A DNA stretch of 64,000 nt, from assembly GCA_019058445.1 (NCBI GenBank), contig JAHPZA010000003.1:282810-346809 (forward strand), in the 5' to 3' direction. How positions within the stretch are numbered: the first letter of the stretch is position 1; each line of letters begins with the position of its first letter. Positions 58,132 through 64,000 of this stretch are shown here, in pieces. The notes under the pieces were generated by a model, which saw only the letters and a list, made by a program, of their open reading frames with translations, searched no databases and was not told where the DNA came from. Position numbers and translations under genes: made by a program. Source of the stretch: Promethearchaeota archaeon. Lineage in GTDB: Archaea; Asgardarchaeota; Lokiarchaeia; Sigyniarchaeales; SOKP01.

Positions 58132-59526
58132 ATGATAGAATTTGAACAGATTTTTTATGCCAAATCAATTGCCATAGTAGGAGCTTCGAATAAACCGTCA
58201 AAAGCTGCCCATCAGATAATTAATACCATGCTTAAAGGAGGATATCAAGGCACTATCTATCCAATTCATCCAAGAGAAAAGGATGTTTTAGGATTAAAAT
58301 GTTATCAATCAATATCAGAAATTGAAGAATCCCTCGATTTATTAGTCATTGGAGTTCCTGCAAAAGAAGTGTATAAAATATTTCTAGAAGCTTCTACTCG
58401 TGGAGATATTAAAGGAGCGGTAATTTTATCAGCTGGATTTAGTGAAACTGGTGATCCTGAATTGATAGAATTAGAAGATAAAATCGTTAATATTGCAAAA
58501 AAAGCCGGAATTAGAATATTTGGTCCAAATTGTATTGGAATTATCAATTCGGATATTAAGTTAAGTACTAGTTTTGCTCCAGTCTCTAAAGTTGCTAATG
58601 GTAATCTTGCATTTATCACTCAGAGTGGCTCATTTGGGGGATCGCTTCTGATGCTAGCTGAGGAATCCCCTAAACCTTTAGGATTTAATAAATGGGCCCA
58701 TGTAGGAAACATGTCGGACGTTACTAATATCGAAATCTTAGAATATTTTGGTACTGACCCAAAAATAACTTCAATTGGCATGTATTTAGAAGGGCTAGCT
58801 CATGGAAATGAGCTTTTGAAGATCGCAAAAAACATTACTCAAAAAAAACCTATATTTTTGTTAAAAGTAGGCAGAACAGAATTAGGTTCAAGAGCGACCT
58901 TATCTCACACAGGGATTATTGCTGGTTCTGATAAAATTTATGATGGTGCACTTAAACAATCTGGGATAATTAGAGTAGACAATATGGAGGAGTTAATTGA
59001 CTCCTTAAAAGCTTCTTCAACGCTCCCAAAACCTAAAGGGAATAAGGTTTGTGTACTAACAGAAGCAGGAGGTCCAGGGATTATTACTATTGATGAGATT
59101 ACTAAAGATAACTTTTTACAATTAGCTCCAATAACAGACCATACAATTAACCAATTAAAAAAAGTATTATATCCTATGGCGACGATATGTAAGCCAAATG
59201 GCTATATAGATATGACTGCTGCTGCCTTGGAAAAAGAACATGCCGATTCGTTAAGATTAGTATTAGAAGATCCGCATGTGGACAGTGTAATCTTAATATC
59301 TTTGCCACCAACTTTTCTACCTGCTCTCAATGTAGCTAAAAGTATTGCTGAGGTTATAAATAAATATAATAAACCAGTTGCAGTCTGTTTTATGAAAGGT
59401 GTAAAAATGCTTGAATCTAGAAAATTTTTAGAAAAAAATAATATTCCAACATTTGATAATCCTAGAAGAGCAGCTAGAGCTTTAATTAATTTAACAAAAG
59501 CTTCGAGCTACCTTAAAACAGAATAA
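58132..59526 (+). CDS. ADP-forming acyl-CoA synthetase alpha subunit (CoA-binding)
   Basis: IAIVGAS, SAGFSE, GPNCIG, TQSG, LKVGRT..SHTG, EAGGPG. Confidence 0.88.
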   Translation: MIEFEQIFYAKSIAIVGASNKPSKAAHQIINTMLKGGYQGTIYPIHPREKDVLGLKCYQSISEIEESLDLLVIGVPAKEVYKIFLEASTRGDIKGAVILSAGFSETGDPELIELEDKIVNIAKKAGIRIFGPNCIGIINSDIKLSTSFAPVSKVANGNLAFITQSGSFGGSLLMLAEESPKPLGFNKWAHVGNMSDVTNIEILEYFGTDPKITSIGMYLEGLAHGNELLKIAKNITQKKPIFLLKVGRTELGSRATLSHTGIIAGSDKIYDGALKQSGIIRVDNMEELIDSLKASSTLPKPKGNKVCVLTEAGGPGIITIDEITKDNFLQLAPITDHTINQLKKVLYPMATICKPNGYIDMTAAALEKEHADSLRLVLEDPHVDSVILISLPPTFLPALNVAKSIAEVINKYNKPVAVCFMKGVKMLESRKFLEKNNIPTFDNPRRAARALINLTKASSYLKTE

Positions 59527-59542
59527 AAACTGGTTAATAATC

Positions 59543-60832
59543 TCATTTTCGATAGATTCCATACTTGAATGTAGCATCAGTCATCGCTTTTACATTTTCA
59601 GGTTTGGATTCGTCAGGAATTCCAGAAACCCCCCCATCTACAATATATCCTCCTCCTTCCATGCACCCTTCAATTGACTGCTTAACATAATCCTCTACTT
59701 GCTGAGGGGTACCAGTCACTAAAAGAGAGCCAGGTACATTTCCTTTAATACACGCATAATCTCCAAAATCCTCTTTTCCCTTAATAATATCTGATTGATC
59801 AAACCAGTATACAAGTCTCCCTTTATGTTTTTTAGCAAATTCGGTAAGATAGGGGAACCTATCTGTATATTTCCCTTCAAAAAACGGCATTGGAATTAAA
59901 TTATTCTTAATGAGTCCCTCCATGATTTTAGTTAATGTAGGCCAATAAAATTCCTCAAATTGCTCGAAGCTCATAAAACTTTCAGCTCCTCTATGTAGTG
60001 GAATGAAAATAATATTGTTTTCTTTAAACATTTTTGCGAGATTCGCCACAGATGCTATTGACGATTCCACTAATAACTCTAACAATGCTTTTAATTCTTC
60101 AGGTTTTCGATACATGTCTAACATGGTTCCCTTCATTCCTCTGAAAAATTCACTCACTACATCATATGGTGCCTGTGTGATATTTAAGAATTGTATTGGA
60201 TATCCCATCTTCTTCATATCTCTGGAATAATTAAGTTGAGTCTGTATCCAGCTAAAAAAGCTCTGACTTGCTTGTTCAATGGTTTGGAGCATTTTTTTTG
60301 ATTGGGGTAGTGCAAAATAGGATGGTAACCCAAGTTGGGACATATAACCACTAGCAAGACTAATTAAATTGGGAAATTCTGAGAAACCTACGAGATTTTT
60401 ATAATGTCTTGGAAGAAGCTTTCGGAGTAAAAAGCCGGTTGGATCTTTAAAAAATTTTTCATATTCATTAGCTTTCATATATTCTCCCTCAACATATTGA
60501 TAAGGCATATTATCTTTCAAACTTTGCGTCTCTTCTTCTGCTCCAGGCCATTTAAAATATTTTACTCCCAATATATCATAAAGTGTTCCGTTAAACATCA
60601 CTGCGATGGGAGGAACCATATCCCAATTGAGAGGACTAAAAGTTTTAATGGTTGCTTGAGCAAACTTATCTGGGTCATACATTGCTTCTTTTTTGCTCAT
60701 TCCCTGCTGGTTAGAAGCATAAAATGTTGATAATGGTGCAATCGGTACTCTATCAGGTTCCTTTATACTTATCGTAGTCAAAACACGTTGAAATCGTTCC
60801 TTATATAGCTCTTTTGGCTTTTTTTCACTCAT
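59543..60832 (-). CDS. Uroporphyrinogen decarboxylase/MtaA-like TIM-barrel protein, paralog A
   Basis: KEPDRVP, RGMKGTMLDMYR, FEEFYWP, CIKGNVP, GGGYI, KPENVKAM. Confidence 0.85.
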   Translation of the reverse strand: MSEKKPKELYKERFQRVLTTISIKEPDRVPIAPLSTFYASNQQGMSKKEAMYDPDKFAQATIKTFSPLNWDMVPPIAVMFNGTLYDILGVKYFKWPGAEEETQSLKDNMPYQYVEGEYMKANEYEKFFKDPTGFLLRKLLPRHYKNLVGFSEFPNLISLASGYMSQLGLPSYFALPQSKKMLQTIEQASQSFFSWIQTQLNYSRDMKKMGYPIQFLNITQAPYDVVSEFFRGMKGTMLDMYRKPEELKALLELLVESSIASVANLAKMFKENNIIFIPLHRGAESFMSFEQFEEFYWPTLTKIMEGLIKNNLIPMPFFEGKYTDRFPYLTEFAKKHKGRLVYWFDQSDIIKGKEDFGDYACIKGNVPGSLLVTGTPQQVEDYVKQSIEGCMEGGGYIVDGGVSGIPDESKPENVKAMTDATFKYGIYRK

Positions 60833-60884
60833 AATAGTACACTTTTTTTTATATTATATGAAATTTATTCCTAAATTAAAAACA

Positions 60885-62180
60885 CTATTTTCTATATACT
60901 CCATACTTAAATGTGGCATCAACCATGGCCTTTACATTTTCAGGTTGAGCTTCATCTGGTATGCCAGAAACTCCTCCATCTATGATAAAACCTCCTCCAT
61001 CTTTGCAGATTTCAATGCTTTCTTTTACATAATCTTCTACTTGTTGGGGAGTTCCCATATTTAGTAAAGATCCAGGGACATTCCCTTTTATACATGCATG
61101 ACCACCGAATAATTCTTTTGCTTTTGCTAAATCTGTTCGATCGAACCAGTATAAAACCTTTCCTTTATGTTTTTTAGCAAATTCAGCTAAATATTCTAAT
61201 CGTTCGTTATATCCCCCCTCAAGGAATAATCCGGGAATATAATTATTTTTAATCAATCCCTCCATTACACTTGTCAAACCTGGCCAATAAAATTCTTCAA
61301 ATTGATCCTTGCTCATGAAACCATCAGCACCACGATGTAGTGGCATAAAAATCACTTTTATTTTTGGCGTCAATTGAGCGAGTTGAACTCCTGCTTTAAT
61401 CTGCCCTTCAATAAATATATTCGTCAATTTTTTTAGTTCTTCTGGATGACGATACATATCGAGCATAGAACCTCTCATCCCCCTAAGTAGATCACTAACA
61501 ACATCAAACGGGGCCATTGCTATTCCAGTATAAAAAAGGGGAAATCCTAATTTTTTCAAGCTATTACCATAGTTATTAGTAATAGAAAAATATTTTATCA
61601 AATAATCTGAAGCTGCATTTAATGCTTCATTTATTTCTTTTGTTTTAGACATTGCACTAAAAATTGGTAAAGTAAACATGACTCCCAATCCGCTGGCCAA
61701 ATTTGAAAATTCTGGAAATTCAGAAAAACCTTGAAGTGCCCCAAACTGTCTCGGAATGACTTTTCTCAAGATAACACCTGTGGAGTCTTCAAATAGCTCC
61801 TCATATTCTTCTGCTTTTAGATATTCTCCCTCTACGAATTGAAAGGGGAGATGATCTTCCAGTCTAGAAATCTCTTCAGCGGCTCCAGGCCATTTAAAGA
61901 CTCTAGCTTTTAAAATATCCATTAATTTACCTGGCCATATACTTAACAGCGGTGGCAAAGCATCGATATTTAAGGGTGTTAAAACCTCTAAATATGCCTT
62001 CGCTGTTTTTTCTAAGTCATACATCGCTTCTTTTTTAGTCATCCCATATTGTTCCGTAGGATAAAACATTACCCCTGGGACTACTGGTACACGATCAGGT
62101 TCCTTAATGTCTATAGTAGTCATTACGCGTTCATATCGTTCTTTATACAACACACGTGGTTTTTTTTCACTTACGATCAT
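60885..62180 (-). CDS. URO-D/MtaA-like protein, paralog B
   Basis: Same motifs as paralog A. Confidence 0.85.
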   Translation of the reverse strand: MIVSEKKPRVLYKERYERVMTTIDIKEPDRVPVVPGVMFYPTEQYGMTKKEAMYDLEKTAKAYLEVLTPLNIDALPPLLSIWPGKLMDILKARVFKWPGAAEEISRLEDHLPFQFVEGEYLKAEEYEELFEDSTGVILRKVIPRQFGALQGFSEFPEFSNLASGLGVMFTLPIFSAMSKTKEINEALNAASDYLIKYFSITNNYGNSLKKLGFPLFYTGIAMAPFDVVSDLLRGMRGSMLDMYRHPEELKKLTNIFIEGQIKAGVQLAQLTPKIKVIFMPLHRGADGFMSKDQFEEFYWPGLTSVMEGLIKNNYIPGLFLEGGYNERLEYLAEFAKKHKGKVLYWFDRTDLAKAKELFGGHACIKGNVPGSLLNMGTPQQVEDYVKESIEICKDGGGFIIDGGVSGIPDEAQPENVKAMVDATFKYGVYRK

Positions 62181-62241
62181 ATATTTTAAACCTCATTTGA
62201 TTTTTATTTCTGGAAATTTCATTTTCTTATTCTTTTATTTC

Positions 62242-63534
62242 TTATTTTCTATAAACTCCATACTTAAATGAAGCGTCACACATAGCTTTCACATTTTCGG
62301 GTTTCGCTTCATCTGGAATTCCTGCGTCTGCATCAATTAAATAACCCCCACCTTCCATGCATTTTTCTATGCAAATTTTCATATATTCCTCCACTTTTAG
62401 TGGAGTTCCAACATTTAATAGAGAGGAAGGCACATTTCCCCTCAGACAAACATAATCTCCAAACATTTCTTTAGCTCTAATTATATCAGATTGACCAAAG
62501 CGATATATTAATTTCCCTTTATTCCTTTTGGCATATTCTTCTAAATAAGGAAAACGATCATCATACTTTCCCTGAAAATGTGGCATTGGAATTAATCCTC
62601 TCTCTATTAAACCATCCATAACTTTCGTTAGAGTTGGCCAATAAAACTCCTCAAACTGTTTAAGACTCATAAATCCATCTGCTCCTCTATGTAATGCGAT
62701 AAACACAACTTTATATCGGGGAAAGAGCTGAGCGATGTCTGAAGTAACGTCAATAGCAGGTTGAGTTAAAATGTCAAGTAATTTTTTCAATTCTTCAGGT
62801 TTTCGATACATATCTAACATCGAACCTTTCATCCCTCTCAAGAAATCACTTATAAGATCAAAAGGAGCTTGTGTATAATTAAGAAATTGTAGAGGAAAGC
62901 CCTTTTTCTTCAATTGATTTTCATAGAACATCATATCTCCTATATATTTTGCATAGGTTTTTGTGATTTCTTGTATGGTTTCAATCATTTTAGCCGCAGC
63001 TGGCGAACTGAAAAAAAGTGGAATTGTTAGTACTGAAAGGAAACCATCAGTTAAAGAACCGATATCAGGAAACTCTGAAAAAAATTTTAACTTTGAAAAA
63101 TGTCTTGGAATTAATTTACGAATAGAAAATCCAGATGGATCTGCGATAAATTCTTCATATTCATCAGCTTTCATGTATTCTCCCTCTGTAAATTGAAAAG
63201 GCTGATTCTCACTAAGTCTTTGCTCATTATCAGCCGCTCCAGGCCATTTAAAGTATTTTATTCCCAAGGCATCCATCAATGGTCCATTATTAATTTGTGC
63301 TAATGATATAACTTGATCGACGTTGAGTTCGGAATAAATTTCTATAGCTGCTTGAGCGGATTTTGCTGAATCATACATAGCTTCTTGTTTTGTCATTCCC
63401 TTTTGAATCATGGGATAAAAGTGAGCTAATGGAGTTATGGGTACTCGATCAGGTTCCTTTAGCTGAATAGCATCCATGACACGAAGGTTGCGTTCTTTAT
63501 ACAGTTCACGCGGATTTTTTTTGCTAATATTCAT
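62242..63534 (-). CDS. URO-D/MtaA-like protein, paralog C
   Basis: Same motifs as paralog A. Confidence 0.85.
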   Translation of the reverse strand: MNISKKNPRELYKERNLRVMDAIQLKEPDRVPITPLAHFYPMIQKGMTKQEAMYDSAKSAQAAIEIYSELNVDQVISLAQINNGPLMDALGIKYFKWPGAADNEQRLSENQPFQFTEGEYMKADEYEEFIADPSGFSIRKLIPRHFSKLKFFSEFPDIGSLTDGFLSVLTIPLFFSSPAAAKMIETIQEITKTYAKYIGDMMFYENQLKKKGFPLQFLNYTQAPFDLISDFLRGMKGSMLDMYRKPEELKKLLDILTQPAIDVTSDIAQLFPRYKVVFIALHRGADGFMSLKQFEEFYWPTLTKVMDGLIERGLIPMPHFQGKYDDRFPYLEEYAKRNKGKLIYRFGQSDIIRAKEMFGDYVCLRGNVPSSLLNVGTPLKVEEYMKICIEKCMEGGGYLIDADAGIPDEAKPENVKAMCDASFKYGVYRK

Positions 63535-63604
63535 TTATCTTACGCCTTGATCAATTCGTTTTTCTCAATTATCTTTATATTTCTTTATTTTCATGTTTTC
63601 TTAA

Positions 63605-64000
63605 TCATTTTCTATAACTTCCGTATTTATATACTGCCTCACACATCGCTTTCACATTTTCAGGTTTAGCCTCGTTAGGGATTCCTAATCCGCCATCCAC
63701 TATGTATCCTCCTCCTTCCATACATCCTTCGATACATTCTTTAACATAATCTTCAACTTGACGTGTAGTTCCTGTAATTAGGAGTGTAGCAGGAACATTG
63801 CCACGTATACAAGCATAATCTCCAAACATCTCCTTACCTTTGATAATATCGGACTGGTCAAACCAATATATTAATTTACCTTTATGTTTTTTAGCAAAAT
63901 CAGTCAAATATTCAAATCTATCAGAATATTTTCCTTCAAAAAAAGGCATAGGAATTAGGCCATTCTCTATAAGACTTTCCATTACTTGTGTAAGGCTAGG
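63605..64000 (-). CDS. URO-D/MtaA-like protein, paralog D (C-terminal part; start lies beyond the window)
   Basis: Frame open to the window edge: PSLTQVMESLIENGLIPMPFFEG...CIRGNVP...KPENVKAM. Confidence 0.85.
   Translation of the reverse strand, partial: PSLTQVMESLIENGLIPMPFFEGKYSDRFEYLTDFAKKHKGKLIYWFDQSDIIKGKEMFGDYACIRGNVPATLLITGTTRQVEDYVKECIEGCMEGGGYIVDGGLGIPNEAKPENVKAMCEAVYKYGSYRK

Noticed and set aside
526-63196. Many short (60-143 aa) ORFs overlapping larger genes (e.g. 5302-5733, 18626-18991, 20773-21150, 33231-33611, 37878-38243, 42609-42983)
   Set aside because: Antisense or alternate-frame shadows of well-supported genes, with no motifs.
1-64000. CRISPR array, tRNA or rRNA genes
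   Set aside because: No regularly spaced repeats or GC-rich structural RNA segments seen; repeated DNA is explained by paralogous genes. Visual scan only.

Overview
AT-rich (roughly 30% GC by eye) archaeal DNA, most likely from an Asgard archaeon of the Lokiarchaeia type. This is inferred from a Rab-like GTPase, a longin-like protein, multi-PAS kinases, large paralog arrays and eukaryote-like SECIS elements. Most of the window is a scavenging/catabolic region: 9 GPH-family transporters plus 1 other MFS transporter, a sulfatase, GH20, two ceramidase-like enzymes (one fused to a PIG-L deacetylase), peptidases, a phosphodiesterase and at least 4 tandem URO-D/MtaA-like genes. The main result is a selenocysteine locus at 46.1-49.4 kb that the ORF track misses. 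It has four parts. (i) A peroxiredoxin-like gene whose CxxC motif is encoded as TGA-x-x-TGA (UxxU), followed by a 3' SECIS. (ii) An unannotated 36/37-codon zinc-ribbon gene whose terminal TGA(-TAA) aligns without gaps to a Cys in a paralog 3 kb away and is followed by its own SECIS, making it a candidate new micro-selenoprotein. (iii) A third SECIS behind a gene remnant, split in two by a TnpB-only IS200/IS605 element. (iv) A conserved extra hairpin with compensatory changes in all three SECIS copies.
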